A DNA stretch of 26,978 bases, from the IMG/VR virus record IMGVR_UViG_3300037424_000597, positions 1 through 26,978 of that record, one strand, 5' to 3'. This DNA comes from a virus (taxonomy: Duplodnaviria; Caudoviricetes). The first letter of the stretch is position 1; the number at the start of each line of letters is the position of its first letter. The notes under the pieces were generated by a model. That model saw only the letters and a list, made by a program, of their open reading frames with translations, did no database searches and had not been told where the DNA came from. This document shows positions 1 through 6,747 of the stretch, one piece after another. The translations under genes and the position numbers were made by a program.

Positions 1-458
1 CAAGAGTAGGTAGGAAAATCTTTTAATACATAGTTAATGGGGTCTCTTGTAAGACCCTTTGTGTTGTTTAGGTAAACATTCCTGCAAGGTTTATGGTACA
101 TATTAGTACTTGTATGACCTTGTTTGGTAAGGTTTTCTACATAGTCATACCTTCTGCAAAAGATACAATGTCTTTTGTGAACGTCTCCACTATGACGCAG
201 AGCCTCCTCTCGTATATGCAGTAGCTTATGATATTCAGAAGAGTCGCAAATTACAATCTTTGTATTGTCTGCTCGATCACCATAATGGTGTACATCCTCT
301 CCGTTACGAAGATACCTTCCTATTAACCTCTCTGCAATTAAAATATGCTCAAACACATATCCACTATTGTTAGCTCTTGGATGTCCTGCACATAGTACAA
401 ATACGTACCCACCATGTAGCAGCGGACCATTTTCTGGGCGTCTCTTAGGTCGTGGCAT
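1..458 (-). CDS. HNH endonuclease (HNH_3-like), runs off the left edge of the window; missing from the ORF track
   Basis: Manual translation from ATG at 458: MPRPKRRPENGPLLHGGYVFVLCAGHPRANNSGYVFEHILIAERLIGRYLRNGEDVHHYGDRADN... This matches the 'HP.A...GYV.EH.L.AE..IGR.L...E.VHH....DN' pattern of phage HNH proteins. Frame is open to the window edge. Confidence 0.8.
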   Translation of the reverse strand, partial: MPRPKRRPENGPLLHGGYVFVLCAGHPRANNSGYVFEHILIAERLIGRYLRNGEDVHHYGDRADNTKIVICDSSEYHKLLHIREEALRHSGDVHKRHCIFCRRYDYVENLTKQGHTSTNMYHKPCRNVYLNNTKGLTRDPINYVLKDFPTYS

Positions 459-460
459 TA

Positions 461-1387
461 TTAGTCGCCTCCATTTTCTACAGTCTCCATCCAGGGGAGG
501 AAAGGATCTAAGACATAGTTTGCCTCTACTAGTCCTTTTGGGACATTACGAGTACACAAATCAAGGAACTGACACGGGTTTGTCAAGTTAAAATAGCAAC
601 GGCTTGTGTTGGTAGCAAACCCTTGCCAGAGTTTATTACTCATAGTAAGCTCCATGTTCTCCTTAAACCTCTCGCCTATGAATAATCCATGGTGTTGGTA
701 ATAGGAGATAAGCTCCTCACCTATCTCAGTAACCTCTCTTATAAACTGTTCTGTCTCCCACTCTTGAATAGGTATCCTCAAGCTCTCTACACACGGATAG
801 GCTTTTCCTCCTCGACCCTCTTTTTGTGGATAGACTCCAGCTCCAAGCACAACCACTGCATTAGCCTTTCTAGCCCATGCATATCCACGGATACTGTTAT
901 GCCCCCACCATTGTTGTAGATATGGCATGGCGTTTCCGGAGGAGTTGTAGAGATAGTAAGTGGTCTTCCATTCACCAATATCTCCATCTTTAAATTGACG
1001 ATCACACCGTCCAGCGTAGTTGATACGTGGGGTGAGTGGTTCATTAAAGGCTATCTCCATAGTTGAGGGGCTGGTTTGGGTGAAGAGCCAACGCTTTTTG
1101 GATACATACTCTTGGTAGGCAAGGAGTAACTCTCTCGCCCTAACCAGAGTTCGGACTTTGTCATCTGGATAGGAGAACATCTCAGTAAACTGAGCCATGG
1201 CGGAGTTTATGTCTCCGGTTATGTCGAGAGTCTCTGAGGAGGCATGAAAAGCAGAACCAAAGGAAAAGCCTGCTGAGTCAGGGGTGGCTTTGCGGATGCC
1301 TAGTCCATGACGGAAGAAGTGGTTACGCTTGCAGGATTGCCAACAAGAGCGTTGTGAGTGATCGAAGGTTAGAATGGGGTTAGACAC
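461..1387 (-). CDS. PD-(D/E)XK (Cas4/RecB-like) exonuclease, probably Fe-S
   Basis: N-terminal S...W.SC, FGSAFH, E...GRCD......EWKTT nuclease motifs, and C-terminal C-x7-C-x5-C (RCYFNLTNPCQFLDLC), as in phage Cas4-like nucleases. Confidence 0.85.
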   Translation of the reverse strand: MSNPILTFDHSQRSCWQSCKRNHFFRHGLGIRKATPDSAGFSFGSAFHASSETLDITGDINSAMAQFTEMFSYPDDKVRTLVRARELLLAYQEYVSKKRWLFTQTSPSTMEIAFNEPLTPRINYAGRCDRQFKDGDIGEWKTTYYLYNSSGNAMPYLQQWWGHNSIRGYAWARKANAVVVLGAGVYPQKEGRGGKAYPCVESLRIPIQEWETEQFIREVTEIGEELISYYQHHGLFIGERFKENMELTMSNKLWQGFATNTSRCYFNLTNPCQFLDLCTRNVPKGLVEANYVLDPFLPWMETVENGGD

Positions 1388-1580
1388 TTTTATTCTCCTT
1401 AATATCTTCTTTTAACTGTTTTAATCCAGATTCTAAACACTTAATACATATAAAGAATTTTCTTTCAAAAGAAAGACCATCTAGTACAACTTCGAATCCT
1501 GCAAATATAATACCTATATTGAAAGTCTGCTTACAAGAGTTACAGTGGTATAAGTCTTGTTCGTATGGAAATGTTTGCAT
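1380..1580 (-). CDS. small Cys-rich (CxxC...CxxC) hypothetical protein
   Basis: CNSC and CIKC motifs; start and stop overlap the neighbouring genes. Confidence 0.7.
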   Translation of the reverse strand: MQTFPYEQDLYHCNSCKQTFNIGIIFAGFEVVLDGLSFERKFFICIKCLESGLKQLKEDIKENKSV

Positions 1581-1765
1581 TATTCTCTCCCCTCCCTTAC
1601 TCTACTCACATAACTCTGAAACCTCTTAAAATTAAACCTCTCATTATCCTTCTCCAAGAACTCTCCAAACCTCTCAGTTAGGTCTTGGACTATGGAATCA
1701 TGACGGTCTAAGTTACCGAGAAGTTCAGCAAGTGCCCGATGGTGCTTGGATGTAAAGACTGGCAT
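1580..1765 (-). CDS. hypothetical phage protein
   Basis: AGGAG SD upstream; packed in the operon with a TAATG overlap to the next gene. Confidence 0.7.
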   Translation of the reverse strand: MPVFTSKHHRALAELLGNLDRHDSIVQDLTERFGEFLEKDNERFNFKRFQSYVSRVREGRE

Positions 1766-1768
1766 AGA

Positions 1769-1975
1769 TTATCTCCTATATAATTGATATTCATCAACCA
1801 ATGCAGATAATCCTCCACAACCAGGACAACGAATTTCTCTTACAGTTAAATCTGAGAATACAATATGTTTATCATACTCTCCCTCTATAGCTAACTTATT
1901 ATGGCCCCACTGCATTGAGCAATTTAAGCACCTTAGTTGGTATTTTTTATCAAACTCTTCTCTTGTACTAGGCAT
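1769..1975 (-). CDS. small zinc-ribbon-like protein (start reassigned to ATG 1975)
   Basis: AAGGAG SD before MPSTREEF; CLNC and CPGC motifs. Confidence 0.7.
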   Translation of the reverse strand: MPSTREEFDKKYQLRCLNCSMQWGHNKLAIEGEYDKHIVFSDLTVREIRCPGCGGLSALVDEYQLYRR

Positions 1976-2100
1976 ATGTATTCTCCTTTCTTTATAACAG
2001 GCTCCCACCTAAAGTAAGCCTCTTCCTTACACCACTTAGCTATATAGTCTTTCATCAAACACTCTGGACCCCATCGACAGTTTAGACAGTTCTTAGTCAT
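1933..2100 (-). CDS. 55-aa Cys-rich microprotein (below ORF-track cut-off)
   Basis: MTKNCLNCRWGPECLMKDYIAKWCKEEAYFRWEP...; GGAG SD; fills an operon gap. Confidence 0.55.
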   Translation of the reverse strand: MTKNCLNCRWGPECLMKDYIAKWCKEEAYFRWEPVIKKGEYICLVQEKSLIKNTN

Positions 2101-2143
2101 ACACTAACTCCATGCACTCTATGCGAGTTTTATTTAATTTTTC

Positions 2144-2281
2144 TTATAAACAATACTCACAAAGTATATCACCAGTAGCTACCTCGTCTAGAACGTAGAA
2201 AGAGCTTATCTTCATCATTCTACTATAACTAGTAGGATTAGTTTGATACCCACACACTCTGCAAGTCCATATTATTGACAT
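2144..2281 (-). CDS. 45-aa zinc-finger microprotein (possibly cut short by a nonsense codon)
   Basis: AAGGAG SD; MSIIWTCRVCGYQ...DILCEYCL*. Confidence 0.6.
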   Translation of the reverse strand: MSIIWTCRVCGYQTNPTSYSRMMKISSFYVLDEVATGDILCEYCL

Positions 2282-2438
2282 AGTCAAACTCCTTTCTTGG
2301 GAGGAATAGAATAAAGCCTCTATGGGTTAATGGAAAGTACCCAAATCGAAAGCACCAGTGTTCTATGGAAACAGGACTGCTAACCGTTTGCATTTTAAAC
2401 GGATTGGAGGTTTGAGTTAAAAGACTAAGCGAAGCCAT
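2238..2438 (-). CDS. hypothetical protein (doubtful)
   Basis: Starts right after the upstream stop with a GAGG SD, but overlaps the next gene by 44 nt and has no recognisable motif. Confidence 0.35.
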   Translation of the reverse strand: MASLSLLTQTSNPFKMQTVSSPVSIEHWCFRFGYFPLTHRGFILFLPRKEFDYVNNMDLQSVWVSN

Positions 2439-2439
2439 T

Positions 2440-2727
2440 TTATAGTTCCTCTACGTTACTAAGTCTAAAGCATTGACTCCACCAGAGTTCGGCTTGAGTA
2501 GAGATACACTTAGGACACCATTTGGAATTATAATTCTCATAGAGATTGTCCATTCCTACTATACAGGTCATAAAACCAGTATAGGTGATGTTACAAGTAG
2601 AACAGTGTATAATAGCATGGCGTTGTTCGTATTGAACTGGTTCATAAGAGTAGCCTGTTTTAGGTTGTTTGGATACTATAGACTCAGCTGCTTGGAGGAG
2701 AGAGGTTAGGTCTAGGTCTTCGGTCAT
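2440..2727 (-). CDS. zinc-ribbon-containing hypothetical protein (start reassigned to ATG 2727)
   Basis: MTEDLDL... begins at an ATGA overlap with the upstream stop, where composition returns to AT-rich; CSTC and CPKC motifs. Confidence 0.65.
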   Translation of the reverse strand: MTEDLDLTSLLQAAESIVSKQPKTGYSYEPVQYEQRHAIIHCSTCNITYTGFMTCIVGMDNLYENYNSKWCPKCISTQAELWWSQCFRLSNVEEL

Positions 2728-2930
2728 TTTGTGGTCATGGCTGCAGCCAGAGGGCGGCGGTGAGCATCCAGGAGGCCGGGAGGATAGTTGAGGTTGAAGG
2801 GATAGCCCCGCAGCCAGCAGTGGAGGCACCCGGGGCTGCAAGGGGTGCAGCCGTCCACCAGGGACCAGGCCCGGGTCCAGAAAAGACCCTTGGCCCGGTG
2901 GGCGGGGGTGAGGATTTGGAAGATGGTCAT
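2724..2930 (-). pseudogene. truncated DUF5131 (phage Gp37/Gp68) family gene
   Basis: W...WSLVDGCTPCSPGCLHCW is the N-terminal Cys motif of DUF5131 proteins. The ORF is only 68 aa, whereas family members normally exceed 200 aa. The DNA is GC-rich. Confidence 0.7.
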
Positions 2931-3025
2931 GGGGTCGTTCGCGGTCGGTCATATTACCCCCACAAAGCCCAGACCCAGATCAGGGCCGCGGCCAGTGGAG
3001 GGCGCGCATTTGGGACGGTCGCAGT

Positions 3026-3448
3026 TCATGGGGTGTCCTCTTTGTGTCTGGTGCTGGCTTCTGCCATTAAATTCCAGACAGTTTCTCCGATCGGGTCAGA
3101 AGTAAAATAGCGGATATTGAGATCCTTGGATTGAGCGTAGGCAATTTCCCGGGTGGTGCTTTCGCCGATGTAATTGGAGACGTTGACCACAAAGATTTCC
3201 TGGGCCAGGTCGATTTTTCTCAGGTGCAGTTCATCCATGGCTGCGGCCACGCCTTCATACTCCGCTAAATGGCTGGTGGGCAGCTCTTCGCCGTACCACC
3301 AGGGCAAGAGATGCAGGCCCATGGTGATGGCCTGTTCGTTTTTTTCTAAGAGCCAGGCACAGACGGCCATAACATCGCAGAATTTGGAGGAGCCACAGAG
3401 GACAATGATTTTGGGCTGATTCATTTTTTCACCATTAATGTTTGCCAT
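3026..3448 (-). CDS. nucleoside 2-deoxyribosyltransferase-like / DUF4406-like fold phage protein (start likely 3448)
   Basis: KIIVLCGSSKF ... DELHLRKIDLAQEIFVVNVSNYIGESTTREIAYA pattern; GGAGG SD before ATG 3448. Confidence 0.65.
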   Translation of the reverse strand: MANINGEKMNQPKIIVLCGSSKFCDVMAVCAWLLEKNEQAITMGLHLLPWWYGEELPTSHLAEYEGVAAAMDELHLRKIDLAQEIFVVNVSNYIGESTTREIAYAQSKDLNIRYFTSDPIGETVWNLMAEASTRHKEDTP

Positions 3449-3529
3449 AACCTCCCTCCTATTATTGCTTTTGGCGGTTTTCGTTAATAAAGATTTACCT
3501 CGATTCACTCACGCCCACTAAAATAAACG

Positions 3530-3685
3530 TTACCGAGATGGACTTTTACAAAGTTCACAACTCCACCGCTGTATAAATACCTGATCTTTATTGGTAGCCC
3601 TCATTAAAACAAGGTGTCCAAGTTTACCGCAATGAACACAAGTGGCGGTATTTTTCATAAACTTGCGCATTATGCCGTCGCTCAT
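3530..3685 (-). CDS. 51-aa zinc-ribbon microprotein (below ORF-track cut-off)
   Basis: MSDGIMRKFMKNTATCVHCGK...WSCELCKSPSR*; AAGGAGG SD and ATGA overlap with the upstream gene. Confidence 0.6.
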   Translation of the reverse strand: MSDGIMRKFMKNTATCVHCGKLGHLVLMRATNKDQVFIQRWSCELCKSPSR

Positions 3686-4101
3686 TTTTCCTCCTTTGGT
3701 TCGAGCACGCTAACAACTATTTCATTAATTTGCAGCGATTCTGCTTTATTATAGTTCTTAGTAGAAAGGTCATAAATGTTTACAGACAGGCTTCGTATCT
3801 TCTCTAAGGCATCTCGCCTCACCACCACCCACTTAGTTGGGGTCTGGTGGCAGATGAAGGCTTGAGTTTGTTCCTTTAAATCTACTTGGTAATCGCAGGA
3901 TAAAAGTTTGGCCCATCGAGTCAACAGCCACTCCGCCTCTGCTAACCTCTCTGCCAGGGCTTCGCACTTAGAACAAGACGGATCAAACACGCCTAAATGT
4001 TTAGCTGGATCATATTGTGTGTTCTGTTTATTTAAAATAGGGTCTGTTTTTAGTAGACCAATTTCATCAGTTCCCATCTTGGGGCTCCTATAGTTTGTCA
4101 T
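3682..4101 (-). CDS. hypothetical protein (start 4101 or 4077)
   Basis: Two in-frame ATGs, each with an AGGAG SD; ATGA overlap with the upstream gene at 4098-4101. Confidence 0.65.
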   Translation of the reverse strand: MTNYRSPKMGTDEIGLLKTDPILNKQNTQYDPAKHLGVFDPSCSKCEALAERLAEAEWLLTRWAKLLSCDYQVDLKEQTQAFICHQTPTKWVVVRRDALEKIRSLSVNIYDLSTKNYNKAESLQINEIVVSVLEPKEEK

Positions 4102-4325
4102 TTTGGCTCCTGTTTCATATCCTTCAAAACCAACTTCACCTCTTGTCCACATTCACGACACTCACAATTTTCTATGTAGTCTTCATCATTAATAAAATTA
4201 GTATCTTTACACTTGGGACATTTCCATTCGTATTCCTGCGGGATTAAATCTACTTCTATTTCTTTATAGAAACAGTCAATGCCATTACAGCACTTTTTAC
4301 CACAGTTAGAACATGGTTCAGCCAT
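4098..4325 (-). CDS. Cys-rich zinc-ribbon protein (start reassigned to ATG 4325)
   Basis: AAGGAG SD; CSNC, CC, CPKC and CREC motifs. Confidence 0.7.
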   Translation of the reverse strand: MAEPCSNCGKKCCNGIDCFYKEIEVDLIPQEYEWKCPKCKDTNFINDEDYIENCECRECGQEVKLVLKDMKQEPK

Positions 4326-4336
4326 TTTGGGGCTCC

Positions 4337-4531
4337 TTATGATTTGGCACAAAAAAACAATAGAAGTAAAAAACAAATAGGAAGCAGTAAAAGTAAAAAT
4401 AAAGGGGTCATTTCTTTCCAACTATAGTTGTTATTATTATTGTGATCTCCAGAGGTTAAAGTCAAACGAGCTCTAAATTTCCTCATATTTCTTTCGGGCT
4501 TACTTTCAAAAGCATAAAGTAACCAATCCAT
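4337..4531 (-). CDS. small protein with C-terminal hydrophobic (membrane) segment
   Basis: TAATG coupling to the upstream gene; LFLLLLLPICFLLLLFFC stretch. Confidence 0.5.
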   Translation of the reverse strand: MDWLLYAFESKPERNMRKFRARLTLTSGDHNNNNNYSWKEMTPLFLLLLLPICFLLLLFFCAKS

Positions 4532-4824
4532 TATTTGGCCCCACCATAGACTTTGTTAAGAATATCACCGGGCTTGAATGTTTTAGTTTGGTCGTAGGCG
4601 GTAAGGGCTTCTTTTAATTCCTGCCAATTAGAATTATAACCATCGGTTGAAAGATATTTTCTAATAGCCAAAACCAGTTTGTCTTTAGCCTCCAACTCCT
4701 TCGCCTGCTCCTCAATCGTCTCAGCAGCTTGATTAAGGTGCTTGGCTATATCCTCAGCCGGCCCTTCATCAGCCGCTACATAAACGCACATTGCACATTT
4801 TCTTAATTGATCAGGGGCGATCAT
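4531..4824 (-). CDS. hypothetical coiled-coil protein (start reassigned to ATG 4824)
   Basis: GGAGGAGGAGGA SD ends 6 nt before ATG 4824. The 5' extension in the ORF track coincides with the structured RNA. Confidence 0.7.
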   Translation of the reverse strand: MIAPDQLRKCAMCVYVAADEGPAEDIAKHLNQAAETIEEQAKELEAKDKLVLAIRKYLSTDGYNSNWQELKEALTAYDQTKTFKPGDILNKVYGGAK

Positions 4825-4838
4825 AATTAATCCTCCTC

Positions 4839-4945
4839 CTCCATCATCAGAGCAAGACTTACTTGCTGACAGTGGAGTTAGAACAGGAAGCTTAGCAACC
4901 CTCACAAGACGCTCGGCGACTCGTGCTAACCCCACCGTTTCGGAG
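4839..4945 (-). ncRNA. type II hammerhead ribozyme
   Basis: Minus strand reads: CUCC (4945-4942), GAAA (4941-4938), stem III ACGGUGGGGUUAG/CUAACUCCACUGU (13 bp, 2 GU), GUC cleavage triplet (4870-4868), stem I AGCAAG/CUUGCU with UAAGU loop, CUGAUGA (4850-4844), U, then GGAG pairing with CUCC (stem II). The full core is present in the correct order and the element is wholly intergenic. Confidence 0.88.
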
Positions 4946-4948
4946 TTT

Positions 4949-5428
4949 TTACTCAGGATACACGGCCGAGGTATCCAACTGTATCCTCTCCTTGTTATCC
5001 TTTCCGGTTTGCTTACTCACCCTTCCATGGAACCTTAACCCGACGGTCTTATCTAAATCCACTTCGCCATCAGTTAAGTAATCATCTAAAATAACTGCCT
5101 CATTCCCATCCTTCACAGCTGCTCCGATAGCAGCCATAAATTGATAGAAAAAACCTTGAGGGTCATAAGGTCTCTTAGCCATAGCGATCTTCTCCGGTGA
5201 GGCGTAGAACATAGTAGAATGGAAGAAAGGCTTACCACTAAACTCCTCGGGTTGTAAGACCCTAAGCCTCCAGTTAATAAAAGACATGGTGAGCTTGGGG
5301 TTATCCTGGTCAGAGACTTCGCTAATCCATCCTTTGTCTCCAGGCTCACCAACCTCAAAAAGATAATCACCTACAGGTAACTCATCAAACATTTTCCCTT
5401 TGGGACCAAGTCCTTCTAGAATTGCCAT
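4949..5428 (-). CDS. DUF669-like single-stranded DNA-binding protein
   Basis: FDELPVGDY.FEV ... INWRLRVLQPEEFSGKPFF ... VGLRFHGRV pattern; same operon as a Sak4-like ATPase; strong AAGGAGG SD. Confidence 0.65.
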   Translation of the reverse strand: MAILEGLGPKGKMFDELPVGDYLFEVGEPGDKGWISEVSDQDNPKLTMSFINWRLRVLQPEEFSGKPFFHSTMFYASPEKIAMAKRPYDPQGFFYQFMAAIGAAVKDGNEAVILDDYLTDGEVDLDKTVGLRFHGRVSKQTGKDNKERIQLDTSAVYPE

Positions 5429-5431
5429 TGT

Positions 5432-5602
5432 TTAAAATTCCTCCTTTATGCCTTCAAGTAGTTGTTTTGCTTCGTCCAAAAGCTTGTCCTTTTGGGACTG
5501 TTGGAGTTTAAGTTTAGGTTTCTTAGCTTGGAGAGGATATGGACGCTCTCGGCTGGTGCGAAGTTTGGATAGTTCGAGCATTAAGTTCTCACGTAGGCTC
5601 AT
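5432..5602 (-). CDS. 56-aa basic hypothetical protein (below ORF-track cut-off)
   Basis: MSLRENLMLELSKLRTSRERPYP...IKEEF*; fills the operon gap exactly. Confidence 0.6.
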   Translation of the reverse strand: MSLRENLMLELSKLRTSRERPYPLQAKKPKLKLQQSQKDKLLDEAKQLLEGIKEEF

Positions 5603-5620
5603 TTCATAGGGTTCCTCCTT

Positions 5621-5836
5621 TTAGGACCAACGTTTGATGGCTTTGTCTATAGCCTCTTCTAGGCTGTCAGCATATTCACAGTCCTCAGAGTCTAGATGGT
5701 CTGAGTCAGTTTCATAGGAATCAAAGTAACCAACTCCAAACTCTCCTGCTCGTGTGAATAGTATTAATTCCATTCCATCCGATTTGTGTTGTCCTTGTCT
5801 TTGGAGTAGCTCTTCCAATCCTTTAGTCCTCTCCAT
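5621..5836 (-). CDS. hypothetical acidic protein
   Basis: Operon-packed ORF ending in the common phage 'ADSLEEAIDKAI' type motif. Confidence 0.65.
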   Translation of the reverse strand: MERTKGLEELLQRQGQHKSDGMELILFTRAGEFGVGYFDSYETDSDHLDSEDCEYADSLEEAIDKAIKRWS

Positions 5837-6008
5837 CTTCTAAGTCCTTCTCTTCTACAGGTTCTACCCCACAGCATGGAGTAGTATACTCAACACACTC
5901 TTTCCAAACCTTACTCCCCATGCAGTCCTCATGCGCTCCAAGGTCTTCGGAGTCTATATCTTCGAGGGAATAAGACTCTTGACAGATTGGGCAGGTGTAG
6001 GTTGGCAT
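5823..6008 (-). CDS. small acidic Cys-rich protein
   Basis: YTCPIC ... TPCCG motifs. Confidence 0.65.
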   Translation of the reverse strand: MPTYTCPICQESYSLEDIDSEDLGAHEDCMGSKVWKECVEYTTPCCGVEPVEEKDLEDGED

Positions 6009-6012
6009 AGGG

Positions 6013-6747
6013 CTAGTCCCTCTTAATTTTCTCTAACCAATCTATCATATCTGATACCCCCATATAATACCCAACCCAGCCATTAAAGAAAGGAGATCTT
6101 AATATCTCTTCGTCTTCATCATTAATCAACCAGCCTGAAAAGTTTAGTTCCTTAGAGAGTTGAGGACTCATAAGTAGTGCACCGTTTATGATAGCAAAGT
6201 GCTTGTCCACATTTTGGCTGTCAATCTTCTCTTTAAACACCTCTGGATAAAGATTCTCTAAGGCTTTCTTGGTAGCAGAGCAACCCTCTGCATGGGTCTT
6301 GAGGATGTTTTCTTTGGTGGTGGTGATGGTTTTATCCTTCCATTCTGTTAGGTCTGTTTCTGGATAGCCATTTCTAGTGCCATCAGCCCATTGTACTGAG
6401 TACCAGTCCGTAGGACCTGGTACTTTGATTATAGTTCCAACTCCTATTTCTTGGGTTTTATAGCTTGGGTTGGATAGTTCGTCTATTGATTTTAGAACCA
6501 CTCTGTCTCCTGCTTTAAAAGTTGGCATGGTTTCTTTCCTCCCTTTTATTATTTGCTCTGCCCATTGTTGGGCCTTTAAGTACTCACCTTTGGTTCCATG
6601 CATGGTATCTATGGGGTCTATGTATACTCTGCCTTTATACAAACGCCACTCATGAAATGTATAACTACCTAGCCAAGCTAAAGAGTAACCTTCTGTATGG
6701 TATATACTTTGAGTAGAATAACCTTCTTGCTTTTTCCATTTCATCAC
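6013..6747 (-). CDS. modular hypothetical protein with an SH3-like central domain
   Basis: FKAGDRVVLK...GVGTIIKV...YSVQWADG....Y...DL is SH3/KOW-like; internal SD + ATG at about 6528. Confidence 0.65.
   Translation of the reverse strand: MMKWKKQEGYSTQSIYHTEGYSLAWLGSYTFHEWRLYKGRVYIDPIDTMHGTKGEYLKAQQWAEQIIKGRKETMPTFKAGDRVVLKSIDELSNPSYKTQEIGVGTIIKVPGPTDWYSVQWADGTRNGYPETDLTEWKDKTITTTKENILKTHAEGCSATKKALENLYPEVFKEKIDSQNVDKHFAIINGALLMSPQLSKELNFSGWLINDEDEEILRSPFFNGWVGYYMGVSDMIDWLEKIKRD

Noticed and set aside
461-1387. Cas4-like gene as evidence of a CRISPR-Cas locus
   Set aside because: No repeat-spacer array or other cas genes are visible; the context is a phage recombination module.
2728-2952. 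Pro-rich N-terminal extension of ORF 2440..2952
   Set aside because: It is an alternative-frame read of the GC-rich DUF5131 fragment; the native gene starts at 2727.
4825-4935. N-terminal extension of ORF 4531..4935 in the ORF track
   Set aside because: The strong SD lies before ATG 4824, and the extension coincides with the hammerhead structure.
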